64,000 nucleotides of DNA from a virus. This document shows positions 8,889 to 17,467 of this stretch, piece after piece (position 1 is the stretch's first letter; the number at the start of each line of letters is the position of its first letter). The stretch lies in IMG/VR virus record IMGVR_UViG_3300030329_003387, one strand, 5' to 3'. Both the position numbers and the translations under genes were made by a program. The notes beneath the pieces were generated by a model. The model was not told where the DNA came from. It saw only the letters and a program-made list of their open reading frames with translations, and did not search any database.

Positions 8889-9324
8889 CTTTTTTAGAAA
8901 GAAAGAGGAAGAGCCAGAGTTTGATCTGGAAGATGAAATTGACAAAATTCAGGAAGAGTTTGAAAAAGAACAAATGTCAATTCCAGAAGAAGATAGGATT
9001 TCCACGCTATCTTTTCACACAGACAAAGAGGGTTATATATGGGTAGATGTTTACTGGTCTGAACTAGAAGGCGCTCATATATCTTTTGCTGAACTTCTAG
9101 AAAAAGTTTCTAACGGAGATTTAGTCACAGATGTTTTTGATTTTGTCAAAAACAAGTGCGAAACAGAAGAGGAAATGAAATTATTTTCCGAAATAGTTGA
9201 AAGAATTACAGACATGCAAAAAATCCGTCTTTTTAATAGTATTACTGGGCTAGATCATTCCAGTCTTACCCCAGATGATGGGCCTGTTGTGAGTCCGACA
9301 AAGGTGATAAAAAATACCAAATAA
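8881..9324 (+). CDS. Acidic hypothetical protein
   Basis: ORF track; AGGAG RBS. Confidence 0.7.
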   Translation: MFNFFRKKEEEPEFDLEDEIDKIQEEFEKEQMSIPEEDRISTLSFHTDKEGYIWVDVYWSELEGAHISFAELLEKVSNGDLVTDVFDFVKNKCETEEEMKLFSEIVERITDMQKIRLFNSITGLDHSSLTPDDGPVVSPTKVIKNTK

Positions 9325-9333
9325 GTGTATAAT
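9325..9333 (+). promoter_or_regulatory. GTGTATAAT promoter-like motif, copy 2
   Basis: Intergenic, upstream of the AAGGAG RBS of 9375. Confidence 0.6.
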
Positions 9334-9374
9334 TATTTAGACAGTATACTAACTCCCTATGTAAGGAGTACAAC

Positions 9375-10004
9375 ATGACATCTAATAAAATAGCGTGGGA
9401 AAAATGGGATGACGATTTAATAGAGGAAGAATTGTTTGAAGATCTATACGCATTAGGCGACCCAGAAGACGAGGACGGTTCCGTTATAGAAGAAGCTTTG
9501 GAGTTTATGAGTAAAATACCAAAGCTGGTAAGCACCCCTACCGGAATGGCTCAATTGCACGACAAGATGAGCGTTCTAAACCAGTTTGACTGCTGGATGG
9601 GACACACAAACTTTGACATAACAAAAGCTGTTCAAAATGTAATTGAAACAGCAGAAGGAGTTGAACTGCTTCAGATAAGCAGTAGGTATAGATTTTTTCT
9701 AGGGGTAGGAAAACTTTTTAATTTTGCTGACGTTAGGAGAGACATAGAGTCAATACTATGCAACTCTAGCATTAAAGAAGACTTAAAGACCCTAGACGTA
9801 GATGAGTATACACAAGATACCGTAGAGCTTATAAAAGAAACTATACATTACGATAAGCACTGGGTAATATTTGTTAGACCTACTGGAGAGGTTAAGTATG
9901 CCAGCACTAACGAGGATAACGACGAGGGCTACCTAAATAAACTTCTTAAATACGAAAGAGACAAGGAAATTTTTGGCGGATTAATTCTTCAAAACGAAAA
10001 TTAG
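9375..10004 (+). CDS. Hypothetical phage protein
   Basis: ORF track; strong RBS. Confidence 0.75.
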   Translation: MTSNKIAWEKWDDDLIEEELFEDLYALGDPEDEDGSVIEEALEFMSKIPKLVSTPTGMAQLHDKMSVLNQFDCWMGHTNFDITKAVQNVIETAEGVELLQISSRYRFFLGVGKLFNFADVRRDIESILCNSSIKEDLKTLDVDEYTQDTVELIKETIHYDKHWVIFVRPTGEVKYASTNEDNDEGYLNKLLKYERDKEIFGGLILQNEN

Positions 10005-10005
10005 A

Positions 10006-10668
10006 ATGAACGATGACTCTTTAATAAACGAAATACATTCCTATGGCTTAAATAGCGCAGCTGGAGAAATATATTTACACGGCTTTTTTTCTAACGCAGA
10101 AGAAGAGCCGGGCGTTGATTATAGGATGGCTACAACGTTTATAAAAAACCTACACATCATTCAAAATATTAAACCTAATAAAGAAGTGTTAATACACATG
10201 CATACGATAGGAGGTAATTGGCAAGACGGAATGGCAATATACGATTCTATATTGCTATGCCCAAGTCATGTAACAACCGTTGCGTATTCAACAGCTTCTT
10301 CTATGAGTAGTGTTATATTGCAGGCTTCTGATTTAAGATTAGCTATGCCCGATACTGATTTTTTGATTCACTTTGGTTCTGTATTTGCTGATGGAAACAG
10401 CTTGGCTGTTATCTCTGCGGTAGATCACGAAAAGAAGTTAAACAGTAGAATGCTTGACATATATACCGATAGGTGTATTAGGGGTAAATTTTTCAAACAG
10501 CACTACAAGTCACTCACAAGAGATAAGGTTAAGTCTTACATAGCCAAGAAGTTAAAAAACAAAGTTGACTGGCTTCTCAGCGCTGAAGAGGCTGTTTTTT
10601 ATGGATTTGCGGATGGAATCATTGGTGAAAAAGGATATGAGAATATTCAAAGCATTAGACCAAAATAG
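10006..10668 (+). CDS. clpP: ClpP-like serine protease
   Basis: HTIGG, ASSMS (Ser), LIHFG (His), DWLLSAEEAVFYGFAD (Asp). Confidence 0.85.
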   Translation: MNDDSLINEIHSYGLNSAAGEIYLHGFFSNAEEEPGVDYRMATTFIKNLHIIQNIKPNKEVLIHMHTIGGNWQDGMAIYDSILLCPSHVTTVAYSTASSMSSVILQASDLRLAMPDTDFLIHFGSVFADGNSLAVISAVDHEKKLNSRMLDIYTDRCIRGKFFKQHYKSLTRDKVKSYIAKKLKNKVDWLLSAEEAVFYGFADGIIGEKGYENIQSIRPK

Positions 10669-10676
10669 GTGTTCGC

Positions 10677-10973
10677 ATGTTAAAGAAAATTTTTTGCATA
10701 GCTCTAATAGCTAACATAGTATTAAGTTCCTTTTGTCTTCATTATCTTCTCAAACAAGAAAAGGTTGAGCTGAATATAGAAATTGACAAAAGTTTTGTAG
10801 AGAAGATGGATATGCTGGATAAAAAAATGGACGCAATGTATTTTGACTCTAGGGAAAGAGACACGATACTTTTGAGATTGTTAGTTGACATTCGCGGTGA
10901 ATTGAAAGGTCCAACTATAGACTCTAATTTAAAAGGAAAAGTAGCACTTAATGAAGGAAGTTACGGAAAGTGA
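10677..10973 (+). CDS. Hypothetical membrane-anchored protein
   Basis: N-terminal TM helix. Confidence 0.6.
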   Translation: MLKKIFCIALIANIVLSSFCLHYLLKQEKVELNIEIDKSFVEKMDMLDKKMDAMYFDSRERDTILLRLLVDIRGELKGPTIDSNLKGKVALNEGSYGK

Positions 10974-11463
10974 ATTTCTAGAGGCTTATCGCAATCTTGA
11001 CAACACTAGGATAATGAATAAAGTTTGTTCAAGATACAGAAATACGATACCTCATGATGAAATAGAAAGATGTAAACTGGTTGCTCTTTGGGAAGCTATG
11101 AAAGCTTTTGACCCAAATGGTGGCAGGAAGTTTACGTCCTTTCTGTACAACAGAATTGATTGGGAGTGCAAAAAAGAAATACAGAGAATAAATAGGCATA
11201 AGAAGAGGACAGCCTTTTTTATTGATGGACAGTCGGAAGGAAGTCACACTCCTGATTACAGAAACTTAAGAAGCTATGAAACTGTTAATATGGAGGAAGC
11301 AATAGAAACATTGGTTCCAAAATATAAAAATATATTACATCAAAGATTCTTTGAAAGAATGACGATGCAGGAAATAGCTGACAGGAACAATTATAGTAGG
11401 GAAACTGCAAGAAGGTACATAAACATAGCACTGGAAAAGCTGAGAGAATGTTTACCGAAATAG
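10951..11463 (+). CDS. Phage sigma70-family factor (regions 2 and 4)
   Basis: ALWEAMKAFDPNGGRKFTSF (region 2); MTMQEIADRNNYSRETARRYINIALEKLR (region 4 HTH). Confidence 0.85.
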   Translation: MKEVTESEFLEAYRNLDNTRIMNKVCSRYRNTIPHDEIERCKLVALWEAMKAFDPNGGRKFTSFLYNRIDWECKKEIQRINRHKKRTAFFIDGQSEGSHTPDYRNLRSYETVNMEEAIETLVPKYKNILHQRFFERMTMQEIADRNNYSRETARRYINIALEKLRECLPK

Positions 11464-12092
11464 CCTGTTACAGCCAAGATTCAACTCTTAATGACATCTT
11501 ACTGACAATATTTACATCTTCAGAACAAGGAGTTGACTGCGTTGCCCTGCCTTCCGGATTTATGAGCAGGGTGCAGGATTTTATTAAAGACCAAACATTT
11601 GCTGCGGTTATAGACTTTCCTTACGGGATAAGCACAACTCAAGTACGATTGCACGAAATACTACTTGCAATACGTCATGGAGCTTTTTTTATAGACTTGG
11701 TTCTAAACCCAAGCTACATAAAAGAGGGAAGCTGGAAAAAATTAGAAGAAGATCTCAAAACATGCTTAACCGTTTGCAAACAAAATCAGGTCGTACTACG
11801 GCCAATTCTTGAATACAAATTGTTTGAACCAAAAGAAATCCTCAGCGTCTGTGAAATTTTAGAAAAAAACACAGTAACCACTCTTATAAACTCTACAGGT
11901 TCAATAATAGATGAACCAAGCGACAACGCTATTATCTGCCATTCAATACAGAAAAATACTGACATATCAGTCATTTCTTGTAGCAATAGAATAACACAAA
12001 AGTATTTTGATATATTTTCTGATATGGGAATAGAGGGTTTTAGATTTACTTCCTCTTCAATAGCTAAAAATATACTGTCAAATGGTGTATAA
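11448..12092 (+). CDS. DeoC (deoxyribose-phosphate aldolase)-like protein lacking catalytic lysines
   Basis: AVIDFPYG, GAFFIDLVLN and LRPILE match DeoC; LINSTG replaces FVKTSTG. Confidence 0.7.
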   Translation: MFTEIACYSQDSTLNDILLTIFTSSEQGVDCVALPSGFMSRVQDFIKDQTFAAVIDFPYGISTTQVRLHEILLAIRHGAFFIDLVLNPSYIKEGSWKKLEEDLKTCLTVCKQNQVVLRPILEYKLFEPKEILSVCEILEKNTVTTLINSTGSIIDEPSDNAIICHSIQKNTDISVISCSNRITQKYFDIFSDMGIEGFRFTSSSIAKNILSNGV

Positions 12093-12093
12093 T
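12085..12093 (+). promoter_or_regulatory. GTGTATAAT promoter-like motif, copy 3
   Basis: At a gene end, upstream of 12166. Confidence 0.6.
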
Positions 12094-12165
12094 ATATTGG
12101 ATAGGAATCTTATCGCAGGAAAAAAAGGACAAGTGCTGGCCATAAAAATATAGAGAGAAATAGAC

Positions 12166-12831
12166 ATGGCAACAAGCACACATAAGTATTATATCAGCGA
12201 AAGTTCAACTTCCGATGGTATAGCAGACAACGATGGTGGCGTAATCATGCACGGTGGTAACATCGGCAGCTCTCGTCACACAAACAAAAGCATCCTTGAC
12301 ATTGTTAAAGGTGCTGATGATTACGGTTCAATGGTTAAAGCCAATACTGGTACTGCCAATGAGATCGGAATCACCACAGCAAGATCTGACGGTACACTTG
12401 CTTATAATCCTAACGGAAGAGCAGTTACTAGATCTTCAACTGACACGGGCTTTTTGATTAGAGGCGGTTCTCCAACTTTAATTAGCGGAGTATCTGGTAC
12501 TGGTGGAATTCTTTCCATTCCCGGTAGTGATACTACTGCAAGACGTGCTGGTAATCTTCACTTTACAGAACGTGTATACCAAAAGGGTACATGGGCGACA
12601 ACTATCTTCGACCTATTTGGCGGAGGCTTGTTGCAGAGCGATGGTACAGCTAAGGCTGGCATCACAAATAGAGGAACACGATACAACCATAACAGTATCG
12701 ACAACTCTAAAGCTGATAGCCCAGATGACGCTGCAAGACCATCAAGATCTGTTCCCGGTGAAGCAGTTATCCTATTCAACTTCGTTAGTTACTCAACTAA
12801 TATGGTTGACTATAGCGATATAACCGGCTAG
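12166..12831 (+). CDS. Gly/Ser/Thr-rich hypothetical protein, possibly a virion component
   Basis: Composition; flanked by the promoter motif and a strong hairpin. Confidence 0.5.
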   Translation: MATSTHKYYISESSTSDGIADNDGGVIMHGGNIGSSRHTNKSILDIVKGADDYGSMVKANTGTANEIGITTARSDGTLAYNPNGRAVTRSSTDTGFLIRGGSPTLISGVSGTGGILSIPGSDTTARRAGNLHFTERVYQKGTWATTIFDLFGGGLLQSDGTAKAGITNRGTRYNHNSIDNSKADSPDDAARPSRSVPGEAVILFNFVSYSTNMVDYSDITG

Positions 12832-12849
12832 TCAAGTTTAGTAATAATT

Positions 12850-12879
12850 GGGGGTGTGGGGTAAATACCCCATACCCCC
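12850..12879 (+). terminator. Strong G/C hairpin (terminator or RNA stabiliser)
   Basis: GGGGGTGTGGGGTA-aa-TACCCCATACCCCC; no U-tract. Confidence 0.5.
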
Positions 12880-12900
12880 TATATTATGGAGTATTGCACG

Positions 12901-13245
12901 ATGAAAACCCTGTTAGCTTTTTTGCCGCCCCTCTTGGTTGCAGCTGGCGATACAATGCCTTTTGCATTTGATTGGGGAACTATATCGGCTACAGGACTAT
13001 TGGGATGGTACTTATGGTATACAACCAAGGTTATACTTCCTTCACATCAAAAACAAATTTCTGTCATGCAAGAAACTTTTAGTAGTGATTTCAAAAACCA
13101 AAGAGATCATTACGAAAAAATATTAGATGACTTGCAAGACCGTTATGATGCGAAAAATGAGATTGAAGCAAAAAGAATGCAAAGAGTAAGTGATACTCTG
13201 GACAAAATAAACATGACACTAAATAAGATTGGAGAAAAACAATGA
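12901..13245 (+). CDS. Holin-like membrane protein
   Basis: TM helix GTISATGLLGWYLWY followed by a coiled coil. Confidence 0.4.
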   Translation: MKTLLAFLPPLLVAAGDTMPFAFDWGTISATGLLGWYLWYTTKVILPSHQKQISVMQETFSSDFKNQRDHYEKILDDLQDRYDAKNEIEAKRMQRVSDTLDKINMTLNKIGEKQ

Positions 13246-13481
13246 AGGCTGTCAAAAGTAAAAAGGGAATCTTGGCAATAGTATCAATACTGATTGCTTT
13301 ACTTGCAGCCATCTGGCAAAACGGAGGACTTGATGGAATTATTATAGACGTTCCGGGATCTAATCCCATTGAAGTTAATATTCCAGAAAGCTGCGATTGC
13401 GATGAAGGTTGCGAATGTGATGTTGATGGCGGCGATTGTGTTTGTGTTGACACATGCGATTGTCCTGTCTGCACCGGATAA
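13242..13481 (+). CDS. Membrane-anchored Cys-rich small protein
   Basis: TM helix, then an acidic tail with 9 Cys including four CxC. Confidence 0.65.
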   Translation: MKAVKSKKGILAIVSILIALLAAIWQNGGLDGIIIDVPGSNPIEVNIPESCDCDEGCECDVDGGDCVCVDTCDCPVCTG

Positions 13482-13503
13482 TTATGAATATGACGAGATA
13501 GAA

Positions 13504-13541
13504 CAGAGAGTGGTCTGCCATATGAGGCAGGCCATTTTCTG
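13504..13541 (+). terminator. Hairpin, possible terminator
   Basis: CAGAGAGTGGTCTGCC-atatga-GGCAGGCCATTTTCTG. Confidence 0.5.
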
Positions 13542-13574
13542 GTCTTTTAGGCACGAATTTATGGAGAGAAGAAA

Positions 13575-13958
13575 ATGAAGTATCCCAAAATTAAAGCTGA
13601 GTGGGAACCAATTTCAAACTTACACGTAAATGTGACCAGTCAAGAATTAAAAATTTATGTTAACGGTTCGCTAAAAGAGCAAAGAGTTTTTGACCGCTGG
13701 GCAAGAGAGCATGAATTTTTTATACCTGCTTGGGACGCTAAAGGAAATCTTTTAGAAGAACAGACAAGGATTTATTTTACTGTTGAAGCTAAAACTGACA
13801 ATTTTTCTTCAGAGACTATAACATCTAATGTTATACAGCTAGAAAGCATTTCTATAAAAGAAAAGCCAACGGACTTGAAGGTGTCCGTCATGCCCTTTCC
13901 TCAATTCTATCAAGAATTTGATTCGCCAATTTTTGTCGTGGGTAGCGGGGTTAATTAA
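13575..13958 (+). CDS. Hypothetical beta-rich protein
   Basis: ORF track; GGAG RBS. Confidence 0.6.
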   Translation: MKYPKIKAEWEPISNLHVNVTSQELKIYVNGSLKEQRVFDRWAREHEFFIPAWDAKGNLLEEQTRIYFTVEAKTDNFSSETITSNVIQLESISIKEKPTDLKVSVMPFPQFYQEFDSPIFVVGSGVN

Positions 13959-15200
13959 ATGAGCTGGAAAAACCTACACGAACAATCTTTGATATTTGAC
14001 TGGCACAATCACGGAACTCTCAAGAACTTTTTGTTTGACCGTTCTCTTGACGGTAAAGAGTCTAGGTTCTTAACTAGATTATTTAAGAGGGCTTTTTGGC
14101 CTCTAAGCGAAAGAAACACGCTACCAAAGATGGAAGAAGGAGGTTTAGATGTAGTTCTTTCCACATCTTACATACCTGAGATAGAGTGGGTGGATGATCA
14201 AAAGCTCATCAAATTTCTAAAGTGGCTCTATCCTTCTGTAAACAAAAGAGTTTTTCAGCCTACTTACTTTGACGCGACCAATGCAATGATGGATCGCATG
14301 GAAAAAGAAGTTGACGACTACAATGCAATCTCTATGTCGGAAAGACAATTTAAATTTGTAAAAAACATAAAAGAGCTTGAACAAACTGTTGCTGATGAAA
14401 ATTTGGCAATGATACATTCTGTGGAGGGAGGTCATTCCCTAAATGGTGAATTAGCAAAGAAGCGTGTTGGTGAGACAACCGCTGTGAAACCCCTTATAGA
14501 AAATGAGCTAATGGAAAATCTTGAACACTTCTATAACAGGGGTGTTGCCTATCTTACTCTTGCTCACTTTTACCCAAACCACTTGGTTAGTCCTGTGTTT
14601 CCATACCCAGAATACGGTATTAAAAGAAGTAATTGGAAAAACCTAATGGCTGGCTGGGATATGAATAAGGGTCTAACATCAACTGGTAAAAAGGTGGTGC
14701 AAGCCATGAAAGAAATGGGTATGATTATAGACATAACCCACTGCACGCCAAAAGCTAGGCAAGAAGTCTATGACATAGTTGGTAATGACTTGTCTAAGGT
14801 TATTGCTAGCCATATCGGTGCTTATGCCGTTAACCCAGACCCGCTAAACTTAGAGGACTGGGAAATAAAGTGGCTAGCAGACCATAACTGTCTGATAGGT
14901 ATTATCTTTATGAATTATTGGCTAAGCCCAATAGATTCAGGATTAGGCTTAAAGCATATAGAACGTACAATAGATCACATAATAAATATAGCTGGAGATA
15001 AAGTTCTTGCAATAGGAACTGACTTCGACGGGTTTACAGATCCTCCAGATGAGATCACAGACATATCAGAGTTACCTAGATTGACTAGGTATCTAAAATG
15101 TCTAAAGTCATCTGTAAACGAAGACAAATACAGCGATAGTACAATCACAAATATTTTAGGTAGAAATTCTCTAAGGTTCTTACTAGAAGGCTGGAAATAA
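13959..15200 (+). CDS. Membrane dipeptidase family (M19) metallopeptidase
   Basis: DWHNH, SVEGGH, YLTLAH, MIIDITH, ASH, IGTDFDG motifs. Confidence 0.9.
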   Translation: MSWKNLHEQSLIFDWHNHGTLKNFLFDRSLDGKESRFLTRLFKRAFWPLSERNTLPKMEEGGLDVVLSTSYIPEIEWVDDQKLIKFLKWLYPSVNKRVFQPTYFDATNAMMDRMEKEVDDYNAISMSERQFKFVKNIKELEQTVADENLAMIHSVEGGHSLNGELAKKRVGETTAVKPLIENELMENLEHFYNRGVAYLTLAHFYPNHLVSPVFPYPEYGIKRSNWKNLMAGWDMNKGLTSTGKKVVQAMKEMGMIIDITHCTPKARQEVYDIVGNDLSKVIASHIGAYAVNPDPLNLEDWEIKWLADHNCLIGIIFMNYWLSPIDSGLGLKHIERTIDHIINIAGDKVLAIGTDFDGFTDPPDEITDISELPRLTRYLKCLKSSVNEDKYSDSTITNILGRNSLRFLLEGWK

Positions 15201-15370
15201 TGTTTAAAAAAAATAAATACACAGAAGCTCTAAGGCTTAATACCAAAGGTCGTATAAAATATGAATACGAACACCCAAGGACTGGGGAAGTATTCTTATA
15301 CTCAAGGAAGGGTCCTCATAAAAAGGGTGGAGTTACATTAATTTATAAGGGTAAAGCAAAAAATGGCTAG
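15200..15370 (+). CDS. Small basic protein (56 aa; not in ORF track)
   Basis: MFKKNKYTEALRLNTKGRIKYEYEHPRTGEVFLYSRKG...; overlaps both neighbours. Confidence 0.55.
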   Translation: MFKKNKYTEALRLNTKGRIKYEYEHPRTGEVFLYSRKGPHKKGGVTLIYKGKAKNG

Positions 15371-15626
15371 CGAAGAAAATAAGAATCTATCTAAACACGA
15401 GAAGAGAGAACTCAAGAATAAGCTTAGATTGGATAAAAAAGACGATAAACGAAGCTATAAACTTGAGAAGATTAAAGAAGTTAGCAACAAGGCTCTTGCT
15501 GTTGCAGCAAAAAGAAAATGGCTAGTATTTTTAATTGGTATAGGTCTTGTCGCTTATTTTGTTATTTCAAGTGGCGGTTTAGGCGGTGGCGGTGGTATAA
15601 TGGATAAGATTAAATCTTTTTTTTAG
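15363..15626 (+). CDS. Small membrane protein
   Basis: Basic N-terminus, TM helix, Gly run. Confidence 0.65.
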   Translation: MASEENKNLSKHEKRELKNKLRLDKKDDKRSYKLEKIKEVSNKALAVAAKRKWLVFLIGIGLVAYFVISSGGLGGGGGIMDKIKSFF

Positions 15627-15641
15627 ACTAGGAGAATAGTA

Positions 15642-15824
15642 ATGGAAAAGGTTAAAGCTCTTTTTAAGAGTCGTAGATTTTGGACTGCCGTGGGCGGCGT
15701 TTTTGTTGTAGCCGCTCAAGAAACTCTTGGGTTAGATCCAGACACAACTAACAGAATTGTAGCTCTGGCTGTAGCTTGGATTCTTGGGGACTCTCTAAGA
15801 GTTACCGAGACCAACAAAGAATAA
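15642..15824 (+). CDS. Small two-TM holin-like protein
   Basis: LFKSRRFWTAV, two hydrophobic helices; AGGAG RBS. Confidence 0.5.
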   Translation: MEKVKALFKSRRFWTAVGGVFVVAAQETLGLDPDTTNRIVALAVAWILGDSLRVTETNKE

Positions 15825-15842
15825 CTTTAGCGGGCAATTCGC

Positions 15843-15873
15843 AAGCCTAGCCTCTCTTAGGGGCTAGGCTTTT
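15843..15873 (+). terminator. Intrinsic terminator
   Basis: AAGCCTAGCCTCT-ctt-AGGGGCTAGGCTT then T run. Confidence 0.8.
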
Positions 15874-15888
15874 ACATACGGAAATAAC

Positions 15889-16176
15889 ATGACGGAAAAA
15901 ACAAAAGAAAAACACGTACTTATATTCTCTGCACAGTGGTGTGGTCCTTGTAGACAAATGAAATCCAGTGTTCTATCGGATTCAAAAGTAAAACAAAGAC
16001 TCTCTGAATATGATTCTGTGCAGTATCTAGATATAGATGAAGCTAACGGAAGACAGCTTTCTGCTGCTTACAGAGTCTCTGCCGTTCCCACAGTCATTAT
16101 TGTAAATGAAGAAGGAAGACCTAAAAAAATGGGTCACTTCATGAACACTTATAATTTCTTGGAGTTTTTAAAGTGA
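15889..16176 (+). CDS. Thioredoxin
   Basis: WCGPC active site and cis-Pro VPT. Confidence 0.9.
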   Translation: MTEKTKEKHVLIFSAQWCGPCRQMKSSVLSDSKVKQRLSEYDSVQYLDIDEANGRQLSAAYRVSAVPTVIIVNEEGRPKKMGHFMNTYNFLEFLK

Positions 16177-16469
16177 GTAAGAAGAAAAAACATCAAGTGG
16201 TGGTATTTGTTACCGAATGGTGTCCTCATTGCCAACACATGAAAGAGCATACTTGGACTGATCCAAGCGTAATCAAAGCCGTAAAAGCCTATCATAGCGG
16301 TAAGCCAGCTTTCATAGTCTGTAACAAGCCACAGAATAGAAAATTTGTTTCGGAATTTGACGTAGAGAGATACCCTACGGTTGTAATTATGGATGAAGAT
16401 CATAACGTTGCAAAAAAAGCAAACAACATGAGTCCTGAAGATTTAGTGCAATTCTTAGAAGATTTTTAA
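16173..16469 (+). CDS. Thioredoxin-like protein
   Basis: WCPHC and YPT. Confidence 0.85.
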   Translation: MSKKKKHQVVVFVTEWCPHCQHMKEHTWTDPSVIKAVKAYHSGKPAFIVCNKPQNRKFVSEFDVERYPTVVIMDEDHNVAKKANNMSPEDLVQFLEDF

Positions 16470-17467
16470 TGTCGCTTAACAAAAAAAGCAGAATATTAAT
16501 AACCGGAGGAAAGGGTTTTCTTGGAACTCATTTAGATGAAGAGCTGAGAAATCAAGGTTATGAAAATGTATTTACGGCCTCTGGTGTAAGACAAGGTCTC
16601 GACCTTGGTGAAGAAGCAAATGTCGGATGGCTGTTTGACTTTACTCATCCTGAATACGTCATTCACTTAGCCTCTAGAAATGGAGGCGTAGGAGCAAACT
16701 TTAAATATGCTGGAGGACTCATGTATGAGAACCTCAATATGAGCATAAAGATAATTGAGGAAGCTAGACAATATGACGTAAAGAGGATAATAAATGTTGC
16801 AGACATAGCTTGCTACCCTTCTAACTCACCCATACCGTATGTTGAAAATGATTTTTGGAATGGGTATCCTCATCTAGTCAAAGCTCACTACGCAATAGCA
16901 AAAAGAACAATAACCGACATGCTTTCTGCCTATAGAAAGCAGTTTGGTATGAAGAATACAACTCTTATATTCTCTGATATATACGGGCCGAAAGACGAAT
17001 TTGACCCTCATGCCGGTAAAATCATACCATCAGTTTTGACAGAGGCTAGGTTTTCAGTAGAAAACAATGTGCCACAATTTGTCTCTTCCGGAAGTTCAAA
17101 ATCAACCAGAGACTTTATCTACGTTGACGATTGTGTCAAAGCTATATCGCTAGCTCTTGAAAATGAAAACACTCCAGAGTTGATCAATATTGGAAGTGGT
17201 GTAGAAACTAAAATAACAGAGCTGATTAAAAACATTTGTGAGCTGTATGGCTATGAAGGAGATATGATCTGGCAAGAAAAGCCATCACACGGAATAGAAA
17301 GAAGATTTTTAGACACTTCGCGAGCTAAAAAATATCTTGGTTTTGAAGCACAGACAAGTTTAGAGACTGGCATAGCCAAGACTATTAACTGGTACAACAC
17401 AAACATGAGTTCACCTCAACTGTACAGAGCCAAAGATTTGCCGCCAAGCCTACAGGCACTAAGATGA
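16469..17467 (+). CDS. GDP-L-fucose synthase-like extended SDR (divergent active site)
   Basis: TGGKGFLG, HLASRNGG, YAIAK, RDFIYVDD. Confidence 0.8.
   Translation: MSLNKKSRILITGGKGFLGTHLDEELRNQGYENVFTASGVRQGLDLGEEANVGWLFDFTHPEYVIHLASRNGGVGANFKYAGGLMYENLNMSIKIIEEARQYDVKRIINVADIACYPSNSPIPYVENDFWNGYPHLVKAHYAIAKRTITDMLSAYRKQFGMKNTTLIFSDIYGPKDEFDPHAGKIIPSVLTEARFSVENNVPQFVSSGSSKSTRDFIYVDDCVKAISLALENENTPELINIGSGVETKITELIKNICELYGYEGDMIWQEKPSHGIERRFLDTSRAKKYLGFEAQTSLETGIAKTINWYNTNMSSPQLYRAKDLPPSLQALR

Noticed and set aside
13369-13578. 69-aa ORF overlapping the Cys-rich gene
   Set aside because: TTG start inside another gene, and its 3' half coincides with a hairpin; likely spurious
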